Below, one piece after another: positions 1 to 10,896 of a stretch of DNA of 64,000 bases. The notes beneath the pieces were generated by a model. That model was not told the DNA's origin. It saw only the letters and a list, made by a program, of their open reading frames with translations, and made no database searches. The stretch is from an uncultured bacterium. Lineage in GTDB: Bacteria > Bacillota_I > Bacilli_A > RFN20 > CAG-826. The stretch spans positions 92,105 through 156,104 of the forward strand of contig CASFCL010000001.1 in NCBI GenBank assembly GCA_949293255.1. The letters run 5' to 3'. A program made the position numbers and the translations under genes. Every line of letters starts with the position of its first letter. Position 1 is the first letter of the stretch.

Positions 1-1
1 C

Positions 2-502
2 GATTCATTTTCAAATTTATATAATGATTATGATCATATATCAATCATGATGCTTATAAATGAAATTGTTAGAAAATGCATTATCGATATCGACACAGAA
101 AAAGTTTATAACTTATTATTAAAATTATTAAAAGGATTAAATAGTGGCAAAGATGTAAATAAATCTATTTGTTATTTTTTAATTCAATTAACAAAAATAA
201 TCGGAGTTGAATTGATGCTTGAAGGATGTGTTGATTGTAATTCTAAAGAGAATTTGCATCTCCTTTCATTTGAACACGGTGGATTATTATGTGATGATCA
301 CCGAAATTTAGATGTTGATAGCATTCTTTTATCAGCGAAAGAAATCGCTGTTATTAAAGAACTATATATAGATGATTATAGTCATTTTGATTTCTTATCC
401 GATTTAACAATCAAAGAATTAATTATTGGTTTTATTTATCTTATAGAAAAATCATTTGGACTTGACATAAATAGCAAAGAATTGATAAATATACACTCAT
501 AG
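2..502 (+). CDS. recO: DNA repair protein RecO, C-terminal part (5' truncated at window edge)
   Basis: The frame is open from nt 2. The C-terminal Zn-finger-like CxxC...C..H motif (CVDCNS...LLCDDH) and the position directly upstream of glyQS match the Bacillus era-recO-glyQS arrangement. Confidence 0.55.
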   Translation, partial: DSFSNLYNDYDHISIMMLINEIVRKCIIDIDTEKVYNLLLKLLKGLNSGKDVNKSICYFLIQLTKIIGVELMLEGCVDCNSKENLHLLSFEHGGLLCDDHRNLDVDSILLSAKEIAVIKELYIDDYSHFDFLSDLTIKELIIGFIYLIEKSFGLDINSKELINIHS

Positions 503-556
503 TAGGTTGACTACTTTATTATTTATTATATAATAATACCCGGTTTAGGGGGTTAT

Positions 557-1927
557 ATGGATAATTTTGATAAAATAGTTACACATTTACAAACAACCGG
601 TTATGTTTTTCAAGGCTCTCAAATTTATGGTGGGCTTTCAAATACCTGGGATTACGGTCCTTTAGGTAGTGCTTTAAAGAATAACTTAAAAAATTTATGG
701 TGGAAAAAATTTGTTCAAGAAACAACAACTAATGTTGGTATTGATGCTGCCATTTTAATGAACCCAAAAGTACGGCAAGCAACAGGACATGTTTCAACTT
801 TTAATGACCCATTAATTGATTGTAAATCATGTAAAGGTAGATTTAGAGCTGACGATCTTATTAGTGAACAATTCCCAAATGAGCCTGTTAGTTCTTGGAC
901 CGTCGATCAAATGAATGATTTTATTAAAAACAATGAAGTTGTTTGTCCAATTTGTGGAAAGAAAAATTTTACTGATATAAGACAATTCAATATGATGTTT
1001 AAAACTCATATTGGTGTTACTGAAGATTCAAAAAGTGAAGTATATTTAAGACCTGAAACAGCTCAAGGCGTATTTATTAACTTTAAAAACGTTCAAAGAG
1101 CAACCAGACGTAAATTACCATTTGGTATTGCTAACGTCGGTAAATCATTTAGAAACGAAATCACTCCAGGTAACTTTACTTTTAGAACAAGAGAATTCGA
1201 ACAAATGGAATTAGAATTCTTCTGTAAGCCACACTCTGATTTAGAATGGTTTAAATATTGGAAAGATTACTGCATTAATTTTGTGGAATCTTTAGGTATT
1301 TCAAAAGAAAATTTAAGATTTAGAGATCATGATAAGGAAGAATTAGCTTTCTATTCAAATGCTACAACCGATATTGAATATAAATTCCCATTTGGTTGGG
1401 GTGAAATTTGGGGAATTGCTGATAGAACCGATTATGATTTAAAAAGACATCAAGAATTCTCAGGTGAATCACTTGAATATCTTGATCCAGATACAAATGA
1501 AAAATATACTCCATATTGTATCGAACCAAGTCTTGGTTTAGACCGTTTATTCTTAATGGTAGTTTGTGATTCTTATTGTGAAGAAACACTCCCCAATGGT
1601 GAAATAAGAAAAGTTATGAGATTAAAACCTTTCTTAGCTCCATATAAAGCAGCAATTTTACCATTAAGTAAACAATTAAACGATAAAGCAAAAGAACTTT
1701 ATGAATCTCTTACTCCATATTTACCAGTTTTATTCGATGTAACTGGAAGTATTGGTAAAAGATATAGAAGAAACGATGAAATTGGAACTCCTTTCTGCGT
1801 TACTCTCGACTTTGATACTTTAAATGATGGTATGGTAACAATCCGTGAAAGAGATTCAATGGAACAAGTAAGAATTAAAATTGATGAGGTTAGAAACTTC
1901 TTATTAGAAAAAACTTTTTATAAATAA
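557..1927 (+). CDS. glyQS: Glycyl-tRNA synthetase, single-chain class II alpha2 type
   Basis: A 456-aa protein with class II aaRS motifs ([19 protein letters not shown]) and the GlyRS-specific N-terminus. A strong SD (GGGGG) sits upstream, with only 54 bp to recO, so there is no T-box. Confidence 0.9.
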   Translation: MDNFDKIVTHLQTTGYVFQGSQIYGGLSNTWDYGPLGSALKNNLKNLWWKKFVQETTTNVGIDAAILMNPKVRQATGHVSTFNDPLIDCKSCKGRFRADDLISEQFPNEPVSSWTVDQMNDFIKNNEVVCPICGKKNFTDIRQFNMMFKTHIGVTEDSKSEVYLRPETAQGVFINFKNVQRATRRKLPFGIANVGKSFRNEITPGNFTFRTREFEQMELEFFCKPHSDLEWFKYWKDYCINFVESLGISKENLRFRDHDKEELAFYSNATTDIEYKFPFGWGEIWGIADRTDYDLKRHQEFSGESLEYLDPDTNEKYTPYCIEPSLGLDRLFLMVVCDSYCEETLPNGEIRKVMRLKPFLAPYKAAILPLSKQLNDKAKELYESLTPYLPVLFDVTGSIGKRYRRNDEIGTPFCVTLDFDTLNDGMVTIRERDSMEQVRIKIDEVRNFLLEKTFYK

Positions 1928-3783
1928 TGGCTCAAATTGATTATTTTAAAATTTCGCAAGATGTATTAAAGCAAGTTAATATTGTTGAGATTGTTTCTCA
2001 CTATATTCAACTTCAAAAAAGAGGCAGAAACTATGTTGCTCTTTGTCCTTTTCATGATGACAAATCTTTAGGAAACTTTTATGTAAGTGAAGAAAAACAA
2101 ATTTTTAAATGCTTTGCTTGTAATAAAGCAGGTAATGCAATTAATTTTGTTGAATATCGTGAAAATATTAGTTTTAGAGAAGCTTTATTTAGAGTTTGTG
2201 AAATTTCTAATATAGTCGTTCCTGAACTTACTGAACAAAAAAGAGCCCAAAAAGTTGATCCTGTAAAAGAAGAAACTTATAAATGTCTTAAAGATATTAA
2301 CAATTTCTATGTTGTTAGTTTAAGACAATCAGAAAATAGTGCCGAAGCTCTTGAATATTTAAAAGCAAGAGGCCTTACAAACGATATTATTGATAGATTT
2401 AATATCGGTCTTGCACAAAAAAATGGAGAAAATATTGTTAAATATTTGACTGCTAAAAATTACAGTTTAAAAACTATAAATAATGCAGGAATTATTAACT
2501 TAGAATCTCAACCTATCCGCGATACAAATGCCGGAAGAATTACATTCGGAATCACCGATAAAAATAACAACATTGTCGGTTTTAGTGCAAGAATTTTTGG
2601 AGACAATCATAGCGACTCAAAATATATAAATACTAGAGAAACTATTTGTTTCACTAAATCTAAAATTTTATATAACTATTATTATGCTTTACAAGAAGCT
2701 AGAAAAGTTGGATATGTTTATGTTCTTGAAGGCTTTATGGATGTAATTGCTGCTTATAGAGTTGGTATCTATAGTGCAGTTGCACTCATGGGAACAGCTT
2801 TAACAAAAGAACAAATCCAACTTTTGCGTTATATGAAAACAGAAGTAAGACTTTGTTTAGATCTTGATGGACCCGGACAAAGCAATATGGAAAGAATCAT
2901 TAAACTATTTGACGAAAATCAAATTAAATATCAATTAGTTAATAATGATGTCTCATTTAAAGAAAAAGATAGTGATGAAATTCTTACAAATCATGGTGCT
3001 GATGCCTTAAGAAATTTCTTAGAAAACTTAATATCTAAAGGCGAATGGTTAATAAATTATTATTCTAAAGCATTCAAACTTAATACTTTGGAAGGTAGAA
3101 AGTCTTTATTAAAGAAAATGCTACCAATAGTTGCAAGTATAAAAGATAAATTAGACTATGAAGATTTTGTCTTAAGATTAAGCACAATTTGTAAGTTTAC
3201 TCGTGAAACTATCGATGAATATGTAAAAAAATATAAAGCTGCCTTGCAAAAAAGTAAAAAAGAAGAAGGCATAGGTCTAGATAATTGGTATGAAAGTATC
3301 AGGGTAAAAGATAAATTACTATCTAGACTTCAACTTGCTGAAAAGCAAATTGTCTCTTATGTAATGTCATCTAAGGAAGCTTATGTTCTATATCAAGAAA
3401 AGCTAGATTATTTGACAGATGAAACTTATAAAGAAATTGTCGACTTTATAGAAGATTATAAAGATAGTCAAAATTATAATGGAGGAGATTTTTCTCCAAA
3501 AATTTTAATTGATTATATTTCTAGTCAAAAAGATAACTCATCAAGAGATAAAAAATTAGATTCGATAATAAGTGTTATTACGGATATATATGTAAGCTGT
3601 GCAGAGCAGTTTCCTCCGTTCAATGTTGATACCTTCAATGAAGTAGTGAAAACGATTCATCTTGAAAGAGAAAGAGAACGTTCAAAACAAGCCTATGAAC
3701 AGGGTAAAAAAGGTAAAACAGCTGAGGAACAAGCTCAACAAGCATTAGCTTTGATTAATAAAAGAAGAAATATGGTTAAATAA
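1927..3783 (+). CDS. dnaG: DNA primase
   Basis: N-terminal zinc ribbon (CPFHDDKS...CFAC) and a TOPRIM region (VLEGFMDVIAA). The start overlaps the glyQS stop (TAATGG) and sigA lies downstream, forming the macromolecular-synthesis operon. Confidence 0.9.
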   Translation: MAQIDYFKISQDVLKQVNIVEIVSHYIQLQKRGRNYVALCPFHDDKSLGNFYVSEEKQIFKCFACNKAGNAINFVEYRENISFREALFRVCEISNIVVPELTEQKRAQKVDPVKEETYKCLKDINNFYVVSLRQSENSAEALEYLKARGLTNDIIDRFNIGLAQKNGENIVKYLTAKNYSLKTINNAGIINLESQPIRDTNAGRITFGITDKNNNIVGFSARIFGDNHSDSKYINTRETICFTKSKILYNYYYALQEARKVGYVYVLEGFMDVIAAYRVGIYSAVALMGTALTKEQIQLLRYMKTEVRLCLDLDGPGQSNMERIIKLFDENQIKYQLVNNDVSFKEKDSDEILTNHGADALRNFLENLISKGEWLINYYSKAFKLNTLEGRKSLLKKMLPIVASIKDKLDYEDFVLRLSTICKFTRETIDEYVKKYKAALQKSKKEEGIGLDNWYESIRVKDKLLSRLQLAEKQIVSYVMSSKEAYVLYQEKLDYLTDETYKEIVDFIEDYKDSQNYNGGDFSPKILIDYISSQKDNSSRDKKLDSIISVITDIYVSCAEQFPPFNVDTFNEVVKTIHLERERERSKQAYEQGKKGKTAEEQAQQALALINKRRNMVK

Positions 3784-3798
3784 AGGAGGATTAATTCA

Positions 3799-5031
3799 AT
3801 GAAAAAAGCCGAATTAAATGAAGCAGAAAACTATGATTACATGGAAGAAGACTTCATACCTGAAGACGATGAAATTGATGAAAAGAAAGAGTTAGAGAAA
3901 ATTGTATTGAATTTCGAAACTAAATATAAATCAACAAAAGTAATCGACCAAGATGAATTTGAAGATGCAACTAGCTTTTTAGATTTAGATGTTGATACAT
4001 ATTTAGAAATCTATGAAAGATTTAAAGCTAAAGGATTTGAAATTCAAACTTCTGATAGCGTATTAGATGATGAGGTTCCAAACGAAGACGAATTAGCATC
4101 AATCGATTCAGAAGAAGATGATGAACTCATGGATGAAGATGATGTCGAAAAAGAAGAAATCGATGTTAGCAATCTAGAAAACATGGAAACATCCGACATC
4201 AAAGTTCAAGATTCAGTTAAACAATATTTAAAAGAAATTGGTAAAGTTCCTCTTTTAAAACCAGAAGAAGAATATGCACTTGCCGAAAGAGTTGCAAATG
4301 GTGATAAAGCAGCAAAAAATAAGATTATTACCGCTAACTTAAGACTTGTTGTTGCTATCGCTAAAAGATATATGGGTAGAGGTATGCAATTCTTAGATTT
4401 AATTGAAGAAGGTAACATTGGTCTTATGAAGGCTGTTGATAAATTTGACTATAAAAAAGGTTTCAAATTCTCAACTTATGCTACTTGGTGGATCAAACAA
4501 GCAATTACAAGAGCAATTGCTGACCAAGCAAGAACAATTCGTATCCCAGTTCATATGGTCGAAACCATTAATAAGATTACAAGAGTTCAAAGACAACTTA
4601 CTCAAGAATTAGGTAGAGATCCTACAGCTGAAGAAATTTCAGATAAACTTGATGGAACAATGAGTCCTGAAAGAATTCGTGATATTCTTAGAATGGCACA
4701 AGAACCAACATCTTTAGATTCTCCAATTGGTGAAGATGAAGATTCACATTATGGTGATTTTGTTGAAGATAAAGAAACAACTTCACCAAAAGATTACACA
4801 AATGCTCAATTAGTCAAAGAAAGTCTTTACAATGTAATGCAAGATTTAACTGATAGAGAACAAAGAGTTTTAATCTTAAGATATGGTTTAGAAGACAATA
4901 GACCAAGAACATTAGAAGAAGTAGGAAAAGAATTTGGTGTTACAAGAGAAAGAATTAGACAAATTGAAGCTAAAGCTATTAGAAAACTCAAACATCAAAA
5001 TAGGAGAAGAAGATTAGACGATACATATTAA
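3799..5031 (+). CDS. sigA: RNA polymerase primary sigma factor (sigma-70/SigA) with an acidic N-terminal region
   Basis: Conserved regions 2.x ([24 protein letters not shown]) and 4.2 ([27 protein letters not shown]), with a strong SD (AAGGAGGA). Confidence 0.95.
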   Translation: MKKAELNEAENYDYMEEDFIPEDDEIDEKKELEKIVLNFETKYKSTKVIDQDEFEDATSFLDLDVDTYLEIYERFKAKGFEIQTSDSVLDDEVPNEDELASIDSEEDDELMDEDDVEKEEIDVSNLENMETSDIKVQDSVKQYLKEIGKVPLLKPEEEYALAERVANGDKAAKNKIITANLRLVVAIAKRYMGRGMQFLDLIEEGNIGLMKAVDKFDYKKGFKFSTYATWWIKQAITRAIADQARTIRIPVHMVETINKITRVQRQLTQELGRDPTAEEISDKLDGTMSPERIRDILRMAQEPTSLDSPIGEDEDSHYGDFVEDKETTSPKDYTNAQLVKESLYNVMQDLTDREQRVLILRYGLEDNRPRTLEEVGKEFGVTRERIRQIEAKAIRKLKHQNRRRRLDDTY

Positions 5032-5032
5032 T

Positions 5033-5698
5033 ATGTATTCCAATCGAATTAATACTTTAATTTCTTACTGCTTAGATTTTATTTCTTTAGCAGATATAGG
5101 GGCCGATCACGGATATCTTTTAATTGGAATTAGAAGATTAAATCCATCGATTAAACTTTTAGGAGTCGAAAATAAGGTCGGCCCTTTTAATAATTTAATA
5201 GAAAATATCAAATTGAATAATTTTGAAAATTCTATCAATGTTTCGAAAAGTGATGGTCTTGATGAAGTTACATCTGATTATAATGCTGTTTGTTTAGCAG
5301 GAATGGGTTATAACAATATTAAACAAATTATTGAAAAGAATATTAAAAAGCTCGATTTTATTGATAATTTTGTTATTGATTCTCATACACATATTGATAA
5401 AATTCGTTTATTTTTTAATAAACTAAAATATAAAATTATCGATGAAGATTTGATATTTGAAGATGGAATATTCTATACGATTATAAAATATGAAAAGGGA
5501 GAAGAATCTTTAAGTAGAGAAGAGATTAAATATGGTCCAATTTTATTTAAAAAAAGAGGACAAGTTTTTAATGATTTTGTTAAATTCAAAATTAATCAGT
5601 TAGAATTAATTATAAATAATATTAAAAATGATTCTAAAAGAGTTGAAACTCTAAATGAAGAAATTAATACCTTGAGGAGCTATTTAAATGAAAACTAA
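5033..5698 (+). CDS. trmK: tRNA (adenine22-N1)-methyltransferase TrmK-like
   Basis: N-terminal DIGADHGYL SAM-MTase motif. The position after sigA matches Bacillus yqfN. Confidence 0.65.
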   Translation: MYSNRINTLISYCLDFISLADIGADHGYLLIGIRRLNPSIKLLGVENKVGPFNNLIENIKLNNFENSINVSKSDGLDEVTSDYNAVCLAGMGYNNIKQIIEKNIKKLDFIDNFVIDSHTHIDKIRLFFNKLKYKIIDEDLIFEDGIFYTIIKYEKGEESLSREEIKYGPILFKKRGQVFNDFVKFKINQLELIINNIKNDSKRVETLNEEINTLRSYLNEN

Positions 5699-6461
5699 CA
5701 TCCTTCTTAGAAAATTAGCAAAATATTTCCCAAAAAGACTTCAAGATCCTTATGATTTTTGTGGTCATCAAGTCGGTAAATTAAAAGATGAGACTAATAC
5801 AATTTTATTATGTTTAGATTTTGATAATATTGTTTTTGATTATATTGAAAAAAATAATCTAAATATTGATATGGTCATCACACATCACCCTTTTATTTTT
5901 GGAACTAAAAGCAAAGTTTTAAAAAATGATGATGTTAAAAACGCTTTATACAACAAAGTTTTAGATAAAAATCTTACTATTTATTCTTATCATACTAATT
6001 TTGATAGAGGACAAAATGGTATGAATGATGCTTTAGCTAATAAGTTAGAGTTACAAAATATCAGATCTTTAGAAGGTGAATCTATTGCTAGAGGTGGTGA
6101 ATTACCTTCAGAAATGGAAATTTACGACTTTTCAAAATACGCAATGGCAAAACTTGGAGTAGATTATGGAATAATTTTACCTTATGGTAAAAAATATATT
6201 AAAACAGTTGCCATAATTGGTGGTGGAGGATGGCACACTTATAAAGTAGCAATGAATGAAGGATATGATATTTATATCAGCGGTGATGTTCCTCATCATG
6301 GTAGAAGAGATATTATTGCAAATAATTACAACTATTTAGATCTTCCTCACGAAATCGAAAATATTTTTATAGACCAAATGGAAAAAGTCTTAAAAGAAAT
6401 TGATTGTAATTTAAATATTATAAAATTAGTACATGAAAAGAATCCAGAAGTTATAAACTAG
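5688..6461 (+). CDS. Nif3/YqfO family dinuclear-metal-centre protein (GTP cyclohydrolase 1 type 2 homolog)
   Basis: Conserved HHP...H metal-ligand pattern (ITHHPFIF, SGDVPHHG). Synteny matches yqfO after trmK. Confidence 0.7.
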   Translation: MKTNILLRKLAKYFPKRLQDPYDFCGHQVGKLKDETNTILLCLDFDNIVFDYIEKNNLNIDMVITHHPFIFGTKSKVLKNDDVKNALYNKVLDKNLTIYSYHTNFDRGQNGMNDALANKLELQNIRSLEGESIARGGELPSEMEIYDFSKYAMAKLGVDYGIILPYGKKYIKTVAIIGGGGWHTYKVAMNEGYDIYISGDVPHHGRRDIIANNYNYLDLPHEIENIFIDQMEKVLKEIDCNLNIIKLVHEKNPEVIN

Positions 6462-7323
6462 ATAATTTTTCAATTATTTCTTCACAAATATCATTAGGAG
6501 TAGATGTTCCACTTATTACAAGAGCACTCGTATTATTTGTAAGTTTTGATTTTTGGAGATAAATATCTCTTAAAGAGTTAACAAAATAGATATCTTGCGT
6601 TTTTGAATACTTTTGGGCGATTTTTAGTAGTGTTTTAGTATTATTTGAAGTCCTTGAACCTATGATAACTACACAATCATATTTGTTGTGTTTTAATTTT
6701 ATTTTTAAAGCTTCGTACTTTTCTTTAAGCATTTGACATGTTGTATTACATTTACGAATATTTAATCCTTTATATTTTAAATGTTCGTAAATATCTTTTA
6801 ATGTTTCTTCATCAATGGTAGTTTGATTGATAACTTTATAGGTCTTTTTATAGTCTAATTGATCTTCGTTTATAATGCCTTTTTCGATGTCGTAAAAAGG
6901 AATGTTTGAATAGTTTTTGTTAAAAGTTGCACCTTCAACATGATCAATTATGCCTACATAAAGATATTCATCAGATGGATTTTCATAAATTTCTTTATCA
7001 ATCAAATTTATATAAGGACAAATTGTAATATATGTTTTAACATCATATGTTTCTAAGTCATTCATCAATCTTAAATCTGTACCATGCGCACTAAAAATAA
7101 GAATATCTGTCAATTCTTTGATTTCTTTTGCATCGATTACATCAAGATCAACTACAGATATACCTTGTTGTGCTAAAGTAGCGGTAATTCTTTCATTATG
7201 CGCAATTGCTCCATAGGTTGCTACCTTTTTTAAAGGATATTCTTTTTTAATACCTATAGATTTTTTAATTGCATTAATAACACCTGGACAAAATCCTATT
7301 GGGTCTATTATTGTAACTTTCAT
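6451..7323 (-). CDS. ispH: 4-hydroxy-3-methylbut-2-enyl diphosphate reductase (MEP pathway)
   Basis: N-terminal GFCPGV motif and the downstream FSAHG motif of IspH/LytB. Synteny matches B. subtilis yqfP. The gene is convergent with yqfO and overlaps it by 11 bp. Confidence 0.8.
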   Translation of the reverse strand: MKVTIIDPIGFCPGVINAIKKSIGIKKEYPLKKVATYGAIAHNERITATLAQQGISVVDLDVIDAKEIKELTDILIFSAHGTDLRLMNDLETYDVKTYITICPYINLIDKEIYENPSDEYLYVGIIDHVEGATFNKNYSNIPFYDIEKGIINEDQLDYKKTYKVINQTTIDEETLKDIYEHLKYKGLNIRKCNTTCQMLKEKYEALKIKLKHNKYDCVVIIGSRTSNNTKTLLKIAQKYSKTQDIYFVNSLRDIYLQKSKLTNNTSALVISGTSTPNDICEEIIEKLSSL

Positions 7324-7365
7324 ACAATAATTTTAACATTTTTATTAAAAAAGTAGCAAAAATAA

Positions 7366-7374
7366 TGATAGAAT
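7366..7374 (+). promoter_or_regulatory. Extended -10 element (TGaTAGAAT) 7 nt upstream of the cshB ATG, possibly driving a leaderless transcript
   Basis: TGnTAGAAT lies at 7366-7374 and the ATG at 7382. No SD is present in between. Confidence 0.3.
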
Positions 7375-7381
7375 TTACTAC

Positions 7382-8737
7382 ATGAAGTTTAGCTCATTTA
7401 ATTTAAAAGAAGATTTAGTAGTCGCATTAGAGAAATTAGGATACAAAGAACCTACCGAAGTTCAAAAAGTTGTAATTCCTAAAGCTTTAAAAAATGAAAA
7501 TATTATTGTTCAAAGCGAAACAGGAAGTGGTAAGACTCATTCTTTCCTTATTCCTATTTTAAATAATTTAGAATTTTCAAAAAAAATCCAAGCAGTAGTA
7601 ATTCTTCCAACAAGGGAACTTGCAAGACAAACATACAATTTCTTTAAAGAATTTTTACCATTTTATCCAAAAATGATGGTAAAAATGTTTTTAAGTGGTG
7701 AAGATTCAGTTAATCTTGAAAGATCTATTTTAAATGGTTGTGAAGTTGTTATTGCTACTCCAGGAAAATTAAATGAACTTTTAAAATTATCTTCATTAGA
7801 TTTATCAGAATTAAGAACTATCGTTTTAGATGAAGCAGATATGCTTGTTGATAAGACTTTTTTCGATACAATCGACACTTTATTAGGAAGAATTGAAAAT
7901 TATCAACTTGAAGTTTTTTCAGCAACTATCTCTAAAAACGTTGAAATCTTTTTGAAAAAATATATTTCGCCTGATTATATTCTTACACTTAACAAAAATA
8001 ATTCGACAAGTGTTACAGTTAATCATCATTTTATTAATACAAAACACCAAGATGTTAAAAAACTTGTTCTTAAATTTATATCAGTTAGAAATCCATATTT
8101 ATTATTAATATTTGCTAATTCAAGAAAAGAAACCCAAGAATTATATGAATATTTACATAGCAATGGTATAAATTGTGGAATTTTAAGCGGAGATTTAGAA
8201 TCTAGAGAAAGAAAATCAATGCTAAGAAGAATAAACAATGGTGATTTTAGATATGTTGTTTGTTCTGATATTGCTAGTAGAGGTCTTGATATTAAAGATG
8301 TCAGCGATATTTTAAGTATTGGATTGCCAAACAATCTTGAATATTACTATCATAGAGCAGGAAGAGCTGGAAGAAACTTTAAATCTGGCGATTCTTATAT
8401 TTTCTATGATCAAGATAGTACAAAATTACCTTTAGAATTAATTGATAGAGGTTTAAAAGCAGATTATCTGAAATTTGAAAATGATTCTTTAATTGAAGAT
8501 TTACCTATAATTAGAAAGAAAAAACAAACTAAAAAAGTTAATGAAGAGTTAGAACTTGAAATCAAAAAAGCTAAAAACAGTGTCAAATCTAAAAAAGTAA
8601 AACCTGGATACAAGAATAAATTAAAGTTAGCTGCTGAAAAAGTTAAAAGAAAATATAAAAGAAATATTATTAAACAAGATATTAGAAGACAAAGAGTAGA
8701 AAGATATAAATCTGAAGCAAAAAACAATGGAAGATAA
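7382..8737 (+). CDS. cshB: DEAD-box ATP-dependent RNA helicase with a Lys/Arg-rich C-terminal tail
   Basis: Q-motif followed by Walker A (SETGSGKTHSF), DEAD (VLDEADMLVD), SAT and HRAGRAGR motifs. Synteny matches B. subtilis yqfR (cshB) upstream of nfo. Confidence 0.8.
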   Translation: MKFSSFNLKEDLVVALEKLGYKEPTEVQKVVIPKALKNENIIVQSETGSGKTHSFLIPILNNLEFSKKIQAVVILPTRELARQTYNFFKEFLPFYPKMMVKMFLSGEDSVNLERSILNGCEVVIATPGKLNELLKLSSLDLSELRTIVLDEADMLVDKTFFDTIDTLLGRIENYQLEVFSATISKNVEIFLKKYISPDYILTLNKNNSTSVTVNHHFINTKHQDVKKLVLKFISVRNPYLLLIFANSRKETQELYEYLHSNGINCGILSGDLESRERKSMLRRINNGDFRYVVCSDIASRGLDIKDVSDILSIGLPNNLEYYYHRAGRAGRNFKSGDSYIFYDQDSTKLPLELIDRGLKADYLKFENDSLIEDLPIIRKKKQTKKVNEELELEIKKAKNSVKSKKVKPGYKNKLKLAAEKVKRKYKRNIIKQDIRRQRVERYKSEAKNNGR

Positions 8738-9599
8738 AATACTTATTGGATCACATGTTTCTTTAAAAAGCCCTAAATATTTTTTAGGTACCGTTGAAGA
8801 AGCTATTAGTTACCAAGAAACAACATTTATGTTTTATACTGGAGCTCCTCAAAACGGAATTAGAGTTCCATTAGATAAAATGAAAATTGAGGAAGGTCTA
8901 AAACTTTTAAATGAAAACAATATTGATATTAAAAATGTAGTGGTTCATGCACCTTATATAATCAATCTAGCAAGTCCAAAAGAAGAAACTTTTAATTCCT
9001 CAAAAGAAATTTTAGCTAACGAAATTAAAAGAACCGAAGCTTTTGGCTGCCAATTTATAGTTTTGCATCCTGGATTACATGTAGGCTCAGGAGAAGAATT
9101 TGGTATTAATAGAATTATTGAAGGTTTAAATTCAGTTTTAGATAATTTAGATACAAAAGTTATTGTTTGTTTAGAAACAATGGCTGGAAAAGGAAGTGAA
9201 CTTGGTAAAAGTTTTGAAGAAATATCTAAAATTATAGATAGAATAACTAAAAAATCAAATATTGGAGTTTGTATGGATACTTGCCATTTAAACGATTCTG
9301 GATATGATGTTTCTGATGTTGATAATTTATTAAATGAGTTTGATAAAAAAGTAGGATTACATTATTTAAAAGCTGTTCATTTAAATGACTCTAAAAATTT
9401 AAGAGGACAAAGAAAAGATAGACACGAAAATATTGGTTATGGAACAATAGGATATGATACTTTACACAAATGGGTAGTAAACGAAAAATTAAAATCTATA
9501 CCAAAAATTTTAGAGACACCTTGGATTGATGATAAACCACCTTATAAAGAAGAAATAAAAATGTTATTAAATAATAAATTTGATAACTCTTTAAAATAA
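8727..9599 (+). CDS. nfo: Endonuclease IV (AP endonuclease, TIM-barrel)
   Basis: Nfo metal-binding motifs (VVHAPYIINLAS, FIVLHPG, CLETMAGKG, CMDTCHLNDSGYD, VHLNDS). Synteny matches yqfS. Confidence 0.85.
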   Translation: MEDKILIGSHVSLKSPKYFLGTVEEAISYQETTFMFYTGAPQNGIRVPLDKMKIEEGLKLLNENNIDIKNVVVHAPYIINLASPKEETFNSSKEILANEIKRTEAFGCQFIVLHPGLHVGSGEEFGINRIIEGLNSVLDNLDTKVIVCLETMAGKGSELGKSFEEISKIIDRITKKSNIGVCMDTCHLNDSGYDVSDVDNLLNEFDKKVGLHYLKAVHLNDSKNLRGQRKDRHENIGYGTIGYDTLHKWVVNEKLKSIPKILETPWIDDKPPYKEEIKMLLNNKFDNSLK

Positions 9600-9601
9600 T
9601 T

Positions 9602-10645
9602 TTAATTTTTCATTTTATCAATTTCTTTAAAGAATTCTTCAAGAGCGTTTTCTTCTTTGACTGTTTTTATTACATCGCCTTTTTTAAAAATTATAAATTC
9701 ATGATTAGCGCCCGCTAATCCAATGTCAGCGTTTTTACCTTCTCCAATCCCATTAACTACACAACCCATAACAGCTACTTTAAGATTAATATTATTATTT
9801 TCAAGATAAGTTAAGGTTTCTTTTGCAAGATCTTTAATGTTAGAAACTTTGCATCTTCCACAAGTAGGGCAAGAGACAAAATTTGGATAATTTTTATATA
9901 AATTTAGACTTTTTAATAATCTTTTGGCTGTTAAGACTTCTTTTTTAGGATCATGAGTGAGAGATATTCTAATTGTTGAGCCAATTCCTTTTAATAAAAT
10001 TGGTGATAAACATGCAACTGATTTAATTATTCCAATATCATCAAAACCAGATTCAGTTAATCCTATATGAAGAGGGTAGATAGTTGATTCACCAAGTAAT
10101 TCATAAGATTTGATAGTGGTGAATAAATCGGACGATTTTACACTAATAATAAGATTATAAAATTCAAGATTTTCAAAATATTCAACCCATTTCAAAGCTT
10201 CTGAAACTAATTGTTCGTGAATAGGTTTTTCATTTTTTGAAGAAAATGAACCTTCATTTATCCCAATACGAATAGCGGTTTTATGTTTTTTTGCAATTTC
10301 AATTAAATTATCTAATTCTTCTTTTTTAGTATTTCCAGGGTTGATTCTTATTGCATCAGCCCCATATTCAATTGCTTTTATCGCATCTTTTAAGGTGTAG
10401 TGAATATCACAAACTAAAGGAATATCAATTGATTTTTTAATAAGCGGAATTGCTTTTAAGTCGTCTTCATCAATAATGCTTACTCTCATTAAAGAAGCAC
10501 CAAGTTTAGCACATTCATTAATTTCCTTTATAACTTCTTCAACATTTGATGTTTTTATATTACACATTGATTGGATAAGAACATTCTCGTCTCCACCCAT
10601 TGCGATATTTCCAATTTTTACTATTTTTGTTTTGTTTCTAAGCAT
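9602..10645 (-). CDS. ispG: 4-hydroxy-3-methylbut-2-en-1-yl diphosphate synthase (GcpE, MEP pathway)
   Basis: IQSMCNI, RINPGN and the C-terminal CPTCGRC Fe-S motifs. Confidence 0.85.
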   Translation of the reverse strand: MLRNKTKIVKIGNIAMGGDENVLIQSMCNIKTSNVEEVIKEINECAKLGASLMRVSIIDEDDLKAIPLIKKSIDIPLVCDIHYTLKDAIKAIEYGADAIRINPGNTKKEELDNLIEIAKKHKTAIRIGINEGSFSSKNEKPIHEQLVSEALKWVEYFENLEFYNLIISVKSSDLFTTIKSYELLGESTIYPLHIGLTESGFDDIGIIKSVACLSPILLKGIGSTIRISLTHDPKKEVLTAKRLLKSLNLYKNYPNFVSCPTCGRCKVSNIKDLAKETLTYLENNNINLKVAVMGCVVNGIGEGKNADIGLAGANHEFIIFKKGDVIKTVKEENALEEFFKEIDKMKN

Positions 10646-10727
10646 GTTAAAATTATATCTTAAAATCGTAGATTTTTATATCTATTTATGGTATATTTAT
10701 GACGATTTTTTAGAAAGGAATTTTATT

Positions 10728-10889
10728 ATGGCAAAAGAAGCAAGATTTTCAATTATCCTCAAATGTACAGTTTGTGGCGAAGAAGCTTATATTACAAGTA
10801 AGAACAAAAAGAATAATCCAGATAGATTAGAAAAGAAAAAGTACTGTCCACACTGTCAAAAAGTACAAGTTTTCAAAGAAAAGAAATAA
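10728..10889 (+). CDS. rpmG: 50S ribosomal protein L33 (zinc-ribbon type)
   Basis: A 53-aa protein [19 protein letters not shown]...YCPHCQK with a C-x2-C...C-x2-C pattern. An SD-like AAAGGA lies 8 nt upstream. The longer ORF beginning at 10476 is rejected. Confidence 0.85.
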   Translation: MAKEARFSIILKCTVCGEEAYITSKNKKNNPDRLEKKKYCPHCQKVQVFKEKK

Positions 10890-10896
10890 TAACTAA

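Noticed and set aside
503-556. Search for T-box or riboswitch leaders before the aaRS genes (glyQS, valS, hisS, aspS, ileS)
   Set aside because: The upstream gaps are far too short (2-57 bp) to hold a ~250-nt T-box, and no specifier or T-box consensus (AATTAGGGTGGNACCGCG) was seen.
10476-10889. 137-aa ORF in the supplied track that spans the ispG-rpmG intergenic region
   Set aside because: Its 5' half is the antisense of the ispG start region and has no SD. Only the last 53 codons (from the ATG at 10728, with an SD-like AAAGGA upstream) correspond to ribosomal protein L33.
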